Below, piece by piece: positions 24,064 to 32,000 of a stretch of DNA of 32,000 bases. The notes under the pieces were generated by a model that had not been told where the DNA came from, did no database searches, and saw only the letters and a list, made by a program, of their open reading frames with translations. The position numbers and the translations under genes are program-made. Origin of the DNA: Candidatus Scalindua sp. (lineage in GTDB: Bacteria > Planctomycetota > Brocadiia > Brocadiales > Scalinduaceae). The stretch is from NCBI GenBank assembly GCA_031316155.1, contig JALDRB010000003.1, positions 191,792-223,791 on the forward strand, written 5' to 3'. Within the stretch, counting starts at the first letter, position 1, and every line of letters begins with the position of its first letter.

Positions 24064-27000
24064 ATGGTAATCGATGACAATAAAAATTCAAGTAGAGAAC
24101 CGAACTCTTCCATGAATCAAATTGAAGAGAGAGTAGAGAAAGCTCGTTTCAGATACAACCTCTTCAGATGTGAAAAGTCGTTTTTTACCGTCTTTACAAT
24201 TGGCTTGGCCATAGTTTTGATAACACTTCTCGTCCGTAAGTTTATTGAGATACCCTATTATGTTAATATTGTTCTGATCTCTGCCTTTTCGATTTATTTT
24301 TTCATTACCCTTGGGCTCATTTTGTACAAATGGGTAGGGAAAGCGGAAGCCGCGAGCCTGTTAGACAAAAAAATGAATTTCAAGGAGAGGCTCGTTACCG
24401 GATTGGAGTATGCAGGGCAGAACGAGGAGAACAAATTTTTAGATTTACTTGTATCCGATATTACAAATAAGCTCGATGATAAGGGCATAAAGACGGCCAT
24501 TCCCCACAAATTTCCCCGGGCAGCAAAATTTTTTATTCCCGTTTCGATATTACTGTTAATTCTCCTGCTTCTTCCTTACGTCTATCCTGAAAAAACGGAG
24601 CAAATTGTTAAAGATTTAAAAGATTCAGTTGGTATGTTACCGGGCAGTGAATCTGCTCAAAAGGAAAGTGGTGAAGCAGAGGGGAAGCCTGCTGAGAAAG
24701 AGGTAAAACCAAAGCAGAGTGACCATTCAGAAGAATCTCAGTCTGAACAAGAGAAGAATCAACTTGCAGAGATGAAAACCGGAAAACCTCAGCAGGAGAA
24801 AGATGAATCCAATAAAACTGAGAAGCAGGCAGAGAAAGATACCGTGAAAGAGGATTCACTATCGAAAAAAGCAGAACAACAAAAGGAGGCAAAAACATTA
24901 GAAGATGAAGTCTCGGAATTATTGAGTAAAATTGGTGCTTCTTTAAATGAAATTGAGAAAAAAACGAAACCATCAGGAGACAGCAAGAGTGAAGATTCCG
25001 AGTTATCCGATCCGGAAACGCAAAAAGAAGAAAAGATGGAGCCAAAACAGGTAGCAGAAAAAGATGAGAAACAAGAAGAGCGAAAAGAGAATGAGGAGAA
25101 AAAGAGTGTTGATGTTTCGCCCTCAGATAAAGGGACTCCAGAACAAGAATTGTCTGAAAATGAAAGAAAAGAGCAAGAACAGACAAAGACATCAGATGCT
25201 TCTGCTCAAGATAAAGAAACTCCCGAAGAAAAATCATTAGAAAACCAAAAGAAAGAGCAGAAACCCCAGAAACCCAAATCGAAATTACTTCAAATGCTTG
25301 CAAAACTTTTTATGTCAAACAAAGACAAAAATAGCGTTCCTCCAATTGACCTTCCTTTAGAGGGTACGAACAAGGATCAAAACAGTTCCGAACAGGATAA
25401 GTCCGGGCAGAACGCTGAAACACAAACATCGGTTTCAAAAGACACTTCCGGATCTCCCCAAAGTGAATCATCAAAAAAAGAATCAGGCAGCCAGACTTCT
25501 CCCTCTGATTTGTCGTCATCTGTACCTTCTGGTTCGGATGAGGAACAAACTTCTCAATCACAACAGCAACAGGGTTCCAACGAAGAAAATGCCGGTGAAG
25601 TTTCGAAAAAACAAGAGGATAAGCAGGAAGCAGGTTCTTCACCTTCTCAAATACCAGAGGATCCGGGCAGTTCAAAAACTGATCAACAAGATACAGGCCA
25701 AGAAAGCAAAAATGCGATGGCGCAATCTGGCACAGGGGCAGGACAGCAAACAGGTACTGAAGCAGGGCAGAAAGCAGGAGCGGAACCAGGAAAGCAGACC
25801 GGTGCAGGTGCAGGGCAGCAAACCGGTACAGAGGCGGGTAAACAGTCTGGTATGGAGGCAGGACAACAGGCAGGATCAGAACCAGGGAGACAAGCAGGTA
25901 CAGAGGCGGGAAAGCAATCTGGAGCGGAACCAGGGCAGCAAGCCGGGTCAGAACCGGGTAAGCAGGCAGGGTCAGAGGCAGGTCAACAGGCCGGTGCAGA
26001 AGCGGGGAGACAAGCAGGTACAGAGACGGGAAAGCAATCTGGAGCGGAACCGGGTAAGCAGGCTGGCACGGAATCAGGGCAGCAAGTTGGTAAAGATGCT
26101 GGGCAGCAAGCTGGGTCAGAAGCAGGCAAACAGGCTGGTACAGAGTTAGGCCAGCAAGCAGGTACAGAGGCAGGACAGAAAGCTGGGGCAGAAGCGGGAC
26201 AACAACCAGGTAAAGATGCAGGGCAACAGGCAGGCAGTGAACCGGGTAAACAGTCTGGTATGGAGGCAGGTCAACAGGCTGGAGCGGAAGCGGGGAGACA
26301 AGCAGGTACAGAACCGGGAAAGCAATCAGGAGCGGAACCAGGCCAACAAGCAGGTTCTGAGGCAGGGCAGCAAGCCGGTACAGAAGTGGGACAAAAGGCA
26401 GGTAAAGAACAAGGCCAACAAGCAGGAGAGGAACCTGGACAGCAGGCCGGTGTGGAATCAAGGCAGCAGGTTGGGGCCGAAGCAGGTAAACAGGCTGGTA
26501 AAGAGTTAGGCCAGCAAGCAGGAACAGAAGCAGGACAGCAGGCCGGTGCGGAAGCAGGGCAACAAGCAGGATCAGAAGCGGGAAAGCAATCGGGTACAGA
26601 ATCGGGACAAAAGGCAGGTAAAGAACAAGGCCAACAAGCAGGAGAGGAACCTGGACAGCAGGCCGGTGTGGAATCAAGGCAGCAGGTTGGGGCCGAAGCA
26701 GGTAAACAGGCTGGTAAAGAGTTAGGCCAGCAAGCAGGAACAGAAGCAGGACAGCAGGCCGGTGCGGAAGCAGGGCAACAAGCAGGATCAGAAGCGGGAA
26801 AGCAATCGGGTACAGAATCGGGACAAAAGGCAGGTAAAGAACCAGGGCAACAGGCTGGAGAGGAACCTGGACAGCAGGCCGGTGTGGAATCAAGGCAGCA
26901 GGTTGGGGCCGAAGCAGGTAAACAGGCTGGTAAAGAGTTAGGCCAGCAAGCAGGAACAGAAGCAGGACAGCAGGCCGGTGCGGAAGCAGGGCAACAAGCA

Positions 27001-27975
27001 GGATCAGAGGCGGGAAAGCAAGTGGGTAAAGATGCTGGGCAGCAAGCTGGGTCAGAAGCAGGCAAACAGGCTGGTACAGAGTTAGGCCAGCAAACAGGTA
27101 CTGAAGCAGGGCAGCAAACCGGTACAGAGGCGGGTAAACAGTCTGGTATGGAGGCAGGACAACAGGCAGGCAGTGAACCGGGTAAACAGTCTGGTATGGA
27201 GGCAGGTCAACAGGCTGGAGCGGAAGCGGGGAGACAAGCAGGTACAGAACCGGGTAAGCAATCTGGAGCGGAACCAGGCCAACAAGCAGGAGCGGAACCG
27301 GGTAAGCAGGCTGGCACGGAATCAGGGCAGCAAGTGGGTAAAGATGCTGGGCAGCAAGCTGGTTCAGAAGCAGGCAAACAGGCAGGTACAGAGTTAGGCC
27401 AACAAGCAGGTACAGAAGCAGGTCAGCTAACAGGCATGGATATTTCTGATTTACAGAGCGCAATAGCGAATCAAATGGAAAATCTGTCCACTCAAATATC
27501 AGATATAGAAAAACAAATGGGGTTAGATTCTTCCGGCGGGAGAGCATCTGAAGGGATGGATGCTGGCAAAGAAAGTGACCTGGAGGGTTTGAGCGAAAAA
27601 GAACTGGGAAAGAACGAAACAGGGGAACAAAAAAGGGCAAAAGAGTTACGCGGTGCAATTGACGAAATTGGTGGGCCGGGAGGAAGTCAACCTGGCGGTG
27701 AGCTATACTCTTCTGAACCGGAAAAGATAGAAACTCTGGAAAATGCTGAAGAATTTGGATTTAATATTAAGGGCACCAAAGATGAAACCGGAGATATGAG
27801 GGAAACCATATCTTCCGAAAAGGGAGAGTCTACTACGAAAAGAAGGTTACCCACTGCTGGTTATGATGATACTGCAGAGCTCAGTATTCAGCAAGCTGAA
27901 GACGATGCAATAAAAAATACTTCAATACCACTTGAGTACGAGGAAATCATCAAGAAGATTCATACTAATAAGTAA
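24064..27975 (+). CDS. Giant membrane-anchored repeat protein (possibly DUF4175-like partner of MoxR/DUF58)
   Basis: 1303 aa with three N-terminal TM segments. An E/K/S/Q-rich low-complexity region spans about aa 190-550. About 70 octapeptide repeats G(T/S/A)E(A/P)GQQA follow, then a non-repetitive C-terminal ~180 aa ending IPLEYEEIIKKI. It lies 99 nt upstream of moxR on the same strand. Confidence 0.8.
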   Translation: MVIDDNKNSSREPNSSMNQIEERVEKARFRYNLFRCEKSFFTVFTIGLAIVLITLLVRKFIEIPYYVNIVLISAFSIYFFITLGLILYKWVGKAEAASLLDKKMNFKERLVTGLEYAGQNEENKFLDLLVSDITNKLDDKGIKTAIPHKFPRAAKFFIPVSILLLILLLLPYVYPEKTEQIVKDLKDSVGMLPGSESAQKESGEAEGKPAEKEVKPKQSDHSEESQSEQEKNQLAEMKTGKPQQEKDESNKTEKQAEKDTVKEDSLSKKAEQQKEAKTLEDEVSELLSKIGASLNEIEKKTKPSGDSKSEDSELSDPETQKEEKMEPKQVAEKDEKQEERKENEEKKSVDVSPSDKGTPEQELSENERKEQEQTKTSDASAQDKETPEEKSLENQKKEQKPQKPKSKLLQMLAKLFMSNKDKNSVPPIDLPLEGTNKDQNSSEQDKSGQNAETQTSVSKDTSGSPQSESSKKESGSQTSPSDLSSSVPSGSDEEQTSQSQQQQGSNEENAGEVSKKQEDKQEAGSSPSQIPEDPGSSKTDQQDTGQESKNAMAQSGTGAGQQTGTEAGQKAGAEPGKQTGAGAGQQTGTEAGKQSGMEAGQQAGSEPGRQAGTEAGKQSGAEPGQQAGSEPGKQAGSEAGQQAGAEAGRQAGTETGKQSGAEPGKQAGTESGQQVGKDAGQQAGSEAGKQAGTELGQQAGTEAGQKAGAEAGQQPGKDAGQQAGSEPGKQSGMEAGQQAGAEAGRQAGTEPGKQSGAEPGQQAGSEAGQQAGTEVGQKAGKEQGQQAGEEPGQQAGVESRQQVGAEAGKQAGKELGQQAGTEAGQQAGAEAGQQAGSEAGKQSGTESGQKAGKEQGQQAGEEPGQQAGVESRQQVGAEAGKQAGKELGQQAGTEAGQQAGAEAGQQAGSEAGKQSGTESGQKAGKEPGQQAGEEPGQQAGVESRQQVGAEAGKQAGKELGQQAGTEAGQQAGAEAGQQAGSEAGKQVGKDAGQQAGSEAGKQAGTELGQQTGTEAGQQTGTEAGKQSGMEAGQQAGSEPGKQSGMEAGQQAGAEAGRQAGTEPGKQSGAEPGQQAGAEPGKQAGTESGQQVGKDAGQQAGSEAGKQAGTELGQQAGTEAGQLTGMDISDLQSAIANQMENLSTQISDIEKQMGLDSSGGRASEGMDAGKESDLEGLSEKELGKNETGEQKRAKELRGAIDEIGGPGGSQPGGELYSSEPEKIETLENAEEFGFNIKGTKDETGDMRETISSEKGESTTKRRLPTAGYDDTAELSIQQAEDDAIKNTSIPLEYEEIIKKIHTNK
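25728..27435. repeat. Coding tandem repeat, 24-nt unit (12-nt sub-period), about 71 units, with higher-order duplications
   Basis: GGxxxxGAxGCx / GGxCAGCAxGCx alternate throughout. A 216-nt higher-order unit begins at 26391, 26607 and 26823. Confidence 0.95.
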
Positions 27976-28074
27976 CTGATCTTAACAGGATATTCGTTCG
28001 AATACATAATTTATCTCGTTTGGTAAATTTCTTATTATGGAGATGCTTTTCAGCAGGAGGACAATAGTCTAAAT

Positions 28075-29124
28075 ATGCAGAGCAATGAAGAAGTTGTTGA
28101 CATTCAAAAAGAGGTAACGAGTTTCAAAAGAGATTTTTACGACCTGTGCGAAGAGATTGGCAGAGTGATAGTGGGAAATAAAGACATTATTGAGCATGTC
28201 CTGACAGCTTTTTTTGCCAATGGACATGTTCTTCTGGAAGGTGTTCCCGGTTTGGGTAAGACACTTCTGGTAAAGTCATTGAGTAAAGCACTTGGTTTCG
28301 ATTTTAACAGGATACAATTTACACCGGACCTGATGCCTGCCGATATAGTCGGTACCCAGATAGTCGTGGAAAGGAGCGGTGGAATAAAAGAATTTGAGTT
28401 TTCAGCAGGACCCATATTTGCTAACGTTGTTCTTGCAGATGAAATCAATCGTGCAACACCGAAGACACAATCTGCCATGTTAGAGGCTATGGAAGAACGC
28501 CAGGTAACCGTTTCAGGAAAGACCCATAAATTAACGAACCCTTTTTTTGTTTTAGCAACCCAAAATCCTATAGAGATGGAAGGTACTTACACCTTACCGG
28601 AAGCACAGCTGGACAGATTCTTTTTTAAAGTTAACCTCTCTTTCCCAAGTTTTAGTGAACTGAAGGAGATACTCAGGTTGACAACCGTTAACGAAAAATA
28701 TGTTATAAAACAGGTTTTTGATTCTAAAAATGCAGCAAAAAGAGTTGCAGAAATGAAAAAATTAGTGAGAAACATCTTAGTTTCCTCGAATGTCGAGGAT
28801 TATGTCGTAAACATAATAAAAATGACACATCCGGAAAATCAAGAGATGAGTGTTTCAAACCCCGGGGGCGATACTGTTACAGACTTTATAAAGCGGTATG
28901 TAACCTATGGATCAAGTCCCCGTGGTGCTCAGTCCGTCGTTTTAGCGGCGAAGGTTAAGGCCCTTTTAGACAATAGAGCTAATATAAGCTATGATGACGT
29001 TGACAAGGTTGCAGTTGCTTCGCTGAATCATCGGTTACTCTTAAACTTTGAAGCTGATGCGGATAATATTAAATCAAAAGATATTATAGAGAATATTCTG
29101 GAAAAAGTAAGAAATAAGAGATAA
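28075..29124 (+). CDS. MoxR-family AAA+ ATPase
   Basis: 349 aa. Walker A LLEGVPGLGKT, Walker B VVLADEINRA, and ATQNPIEMEGTYTLPEAQLDRF are typical of MoxR. Confidence 0.92.
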   Translation: MQSNEEVVDIQKEVTSFKRDFYDLCEEIGRVIVGNKDIIEHVLTAFFANGHVLLEGVPGLGKTLLVKSLSKALGFDFNRIQFTPDLMPADIVGTQIVVERSGGIKEFEFSAGPIFANVVLADEINRATPKTQSAMLEAMEERQVTVSGKTHKLTNPFFVLATQNPIEMEGTYTLPEAQLDRFFFKVNLSFPSFSELKEILRLTTVNEKYVIKQVFDSKNAAKRVAEMKKLVRNILVSSNVEDYVVNIIKMTHPENQEMSVSNPGGDTVTDFIKRYVTYGSSPRGAQSVVLAAKVKALLDNRANISYDDVDKVAVASLNHRLLLNFEADADNIKSKDIIENILEKVRNKR

Positions 29125-29220
29125 AACCAGTCAAAATTTGCATCAGATTACAGAACACCATGGTACATAGTATTAAATTCTTATTTATAGTAAATTCATA
29201 ATGAAAAGAAACTAATTTCC

Positions 29221-30126
29221 ATGCTTGCAGACATTTTTGATGCCACATTTCTCCGAAAACTCGAATCGCTCTGTATTGGGTGCAAAAAAACGTATCTTGG
29301 AACCAGAAAGGGTGATTATGAAATGGTGAACAAGAGAGGTACCAGTATCGAATTTGCGGATTATCAGGAATATGTACCGGGAGACGATTATCGATATATC
29401 GATTGGAATATTTACGGACGACTGGATAAATTACTGGTGAAAACATTTAAAGAAGAAGTCGAGCTTACAGTCCATATCCTGATGGATTCAAGCAGGTCTA
29501 TGTTGTTCCCGAAAGAAGATAAAAAATTTGATTATGCAAAGAACCTCGCAATTGCGTTAAGCTATATAGCGTTATCAAGTAAAAATAGTGTCAGGGTAGC
29601 TAAACTGGCGGACAAAGACGCTATCCTGAATACCCGAACTCCTTTCTTCCAGAAGAAAGATAATATCTTCAAGATATCGGATTTTTTAGATAACATTGTT
29701 CCGGAAGGAAAACTGGACTTTTTCAATTCCATTGTAAAATATACATTCGACGTAAAGGGTACAAGAGGCACAGTTGTTATTATATCAGATTTCATGCTGG
29801 AACCTGAAGTTTACCGGAAAGGACTCAATTTTCTCCGTTATAAGAATTTTGATATTAAAGTAATACAGATCCTGGGCACGACTGAACTGGATCCATTTAC
29901 CAAGATTAAGAGAGGCAATATCATAGATGTGGAAACAAGTGAAAAGAGAAACATTGTCTTTACTGAGGCAAATCGTAGAAAATATAAAAACTCACTGGAA
30001 GAGCATAATAGACAACTGCAGCGTTTCTGCAGGGTAAATAAAATCATCTACTCTTTAGCCAAGACACACATAAAATTTGAAGATTTTATTTTACGGGAAT
30101 TACCGAGGATAGGGTTTGTCAGATAA
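29221..30126 (+). CDS. DUF58 domain protein (MoxR-associated, vWA-like)
   Basis: 301 aa. Hallmark GTSIEFADYQEYVPGDDYRYIDWN, followed by VHILMDSSRSM, a vWA-like MIDAS region. Confidence 0.88.
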   Translation: MLADIFDATFLRKLESLCIGCKKTYLGTRKGDYEMVNKRGTSIEFADYQEYVPGDDYRYIDWNIYGRLDKLLVKTFKEEVELTVHILMDSSRSMLFPKEDKKFDYAKNLAIALSYIALSSKNSVRVAKLADKDAILNTRTPFFQKKDNIFKISDFLDNIVPEGKLDFFNSIVKYTFDVKGTRGTVVIISDFMLEPEVYRKGLNFLRYKNFDIKVIQILGTTELDPFTKIKRGNIIDVETSEKRNIVFTEANRRKYKNSLEEHNRQLQRFCRVNKIIYSLAKTHIKFEDFILRELPRIGFVR

Positions 30127-30540
30127 ATTAGCTCCTTTTGCCAACCCGACGAGCATGAGGCTGTGTCGCAATCTAGTTTAGGCGATAAGCTTATATTATA
30201 TAATGTACCATATAAATATGTAACGACAAGATGTGGAACACTTGAGGCTGGAATTTGTAATTATGACACAGTCTCCATTCTGGCGGGTTGCTAATTTATT
30301 GTTTTTCACTTCTGTTACCCAAAAATTCTTATCCATTCTATTTTTTACAAAAGTCAAACTATTCATTTCTACTTGGTTCAAAATTGTGATACTATTTAAA
30401 AGTTCTACATCAGCAAGTGATACTTGTAACGTATTGGTCGTTCAAGAGAAACGCTCCGCATAACTGGAGTGCAATCAAGCGGAGCAGAAGTACCAGTCTG
30501 AGTTCATGCAGTTGTTATAGGATGTTATTCTGAATACGGT

Positions 30541-30942
30541 TTACTTCCTCTCTTTCAGCAAATCACGTATTTGTATAAGCAATGCTTCTTCAGCCGATGG
30601 TTCTGGTGGAGCCTTCGGTGCTTCTTCTTTTCGTTTAAGTGAATTGATTGCTTTAATAGCGATAAAAATTGCGAATGCGATGATTGTGAAGTCGATAACG
30701 GTCTGAATGAACTTCCCATAACCGATTACGACAGCAGGTATTTCCCCCACAGCTTCTTTAACCGTGAAAGCCAAACTGGAAAAATCGACTCCACCCAAAA
30801 GTACTCCGATTGGAGGCATAATTACATCACCTACAAAGGATGAGACGATTTTTCCAAATGCAGCACCAATAATGATGCCAACAGCCATATCAACTACATT
30901 TCCTTTTACTGCAAATTCCTTAAATTCTTTCATAATGCCCAT
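30541..30942 (-). CDS. mscL: Large-conductance mechanosensitive channel MscL
   Basis: 133 aa. [43 protein letters not shown] is canonical MscL. Confidence 0.92.
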   Translation of the reverse strand: MGIMKEFKEFAVKGNVVDMAVGIIIGAAFGKIVSSFVGDVIMPPIGVLLGGVDFSSLAFTVKEAVGEIPAVVIGYGKFIQTVIDFTIIAFAIFIAIKAINSLKRKEEAPKAPPEPSAEEALLIQIRDLLKERK

Positions 30943-31290
30943 GATATTTTCCTCCAGATTAAAAGTAAGCCGTAAGATTATAGCCTAAATATTTTTCTGA
31001 CTGAGAATCGCCTGCTCCGCCTTTAATTCCTGAAACCTTAATTAGTCAAAGATTGTACTGCCTATACGCGACTTTTTTATTCTAGATAGTAACTTAAATT
31101 TGTATTGTAACTATATGATAAAATGAGTTATTATGTCAAATATAATATATATAATAATGTAATTGGAAATAGTGAAACTGAAAGTGGGTTTTCCTGATAA
31201 ACTGCTGGAACAAGTCCGGAATGTATTTCGGTAAAAATGTTACTCTTCTCATACAGAATAAGCTATGTTGACCTTTATAAGGTGTTTTAT

Positions 31291-31482
31291 ACTAAAACCG
31301 ATTTGGTTTTCGGTTTTACCTGTCTGCGTGCATCGCACAGGCAGGCTGGAAACCTAATCCTGGTTGCAGCTATCCCTGGACAAAAGGTACCGAGGGCTTT
31401 ACTCGCTCCGCTTTATCTCGGATTTTACCTGTCTGCGTGCGACGCACAGGCAGGTCCGAAAACCATTACGAGATGAGTATAT
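31291..31482. repeat. Dispersed repeat R2, long copy (inverted relative to 23591-23730) carrying two 27-nt hairpin inserts
   Basis: The inserts are cctgtctgcgtgcatcgcacaggcagg (31319-31345) and cctgtctgcgtgcgacgcacaggcagg (31428-31454). Both are absent from the 23.6-kb copy. Confidence 0.8.
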
Positions 31483-31761
31483 CTTGTTTCATTAAAAACG
31501 TCGTCCAGAAGACATGGATAACGGAAAGACTTTTTCAATTCATTTCATTTCCGGCAGATAGATATGTTGTCTCAAGCACCCAGACCCATGCCCATAAAAC
31601 CAGTGTCTTTCTTTATAAACAGGTTCTTAATGTTGACTCAAAGTTTATGGACAGAGAGAAAGGGCTGAAAACATGGAGATGGCATCTTACTTAAAACACT
31701 TATGATATGAAAGATATTCTATTATTCGTTGATTATTTGCGTAGCAAATATAACAAGTTAT

Positions 31762-31869
31762 GCCATCCTGGCTAACTTTTCCAAAATCCCTAAAACTGCC
31801 GTCCATGGCAGTATTTACGGTTTTTTGAACTTGCGCCTTCAGCGCAAAAAATAAGGAAATATTGAAATT
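31762..31869. repeat. Dispersed repeat R1, copy 2 (inverted relative to 19535-19637)
   Basis: gccatcctggctaacttttccaaaa...ttttgaacttgcgccttcagcgcaaaaaataaggaaatattgaaatt is the reverse complement of copy 1, with a variant central hairpin. Confidence 0.8.
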
Positions 31870-32000
31870 ACTATACATTATAATTAGTGATCCGCCAGCC
31901 ACGCCCGTACTGCATGGCATACGTTAAGGCGGGAACCCTCGTTGGGCTGGGAAAAGAGAGCAAATTTATATGGGATTTATCAATCTGATAGCTTTTAGTT

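Noticed and set aside
25310-27658. 782-aa minus-strand ORF, plus 26271..27065 (264 aa) and several other ORFs in alternative frames, inside the repeat region.
   Set aside because: These are mirror or alternate-frame products of the 24-nt tandem repeat. They have low-complexity L/P/A/C-rich sequence and no start context. The plus-strand 1303-aa ORF has TM segments, unique termini and operon context.
31311-31462. CRISPR-like look of two ~42-nt units (GGTTTTACCTGTCTGCGTGC..GCACAGGCAGG..GAAAC) separated by ~66 nt.
   Set aside because: There are only two units and the spacing is too long. The so-called spacer is homologous to the repeat copy at 23.6 kb, so this is a dispersed repeat with hairpin insertions. 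No cas genes are present.

Overview
AT-rich bacterial window (about 40% GC by eye), read from the sequence and ORF track only; no searches were run and all family names come from motif recognition. It falls into three parts.

(1) 0-10.6 kb: a repeat-riddled accessory region. It holds an intact TIR-DUF1566 gene and an orphan T6SS-type Hcp gene. Hcp is followed by a 166-aa ORF and a 734-aa DUF362-containing ORF, which are separated only by one in-frame TAG. Next come a decayed second TIR-DUF1566 copy, a DUF559 endonuclease plus a 5' remnant of another copy, and a GC-rich frameshifted TPR gene (DUF4071/TRAFs-binding-like) bracketed by inverted C5/G5 hairpin repeats.

(2) 10.7-20.1 kb: a compact minus-strand operon. 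Its genes are a B12-binding radical SAM enzyme, a ketosynthase, a ketosynthase paralogue with all three catalytic residues replaced, a FadH-type dienoyl reductase, a crotonase and FabG. AcpS lies upstream and a muconolactone-isomerase-like protein downstream. This is my top candidate for an undescribed pathway: unusual lipid or polyene chemistry, resembling clusters proposed for ladderane synthesis in anammox planctomycetes. The host identity is inference only.

(3) 20.4-32 kb: a MATE transporter, a PhnP-like MBL hydrolase and a glycine-zipper lipoprotein. These are followed by a 1303-aa membrane protein with about 70 tandem octapeptide (24-nt) repeats, MoxR and DUF58, then mscL. Two families of dispersed repeats occur here in inverted orientation.

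No rRNA, tRNA or CRISPR array could be supported.
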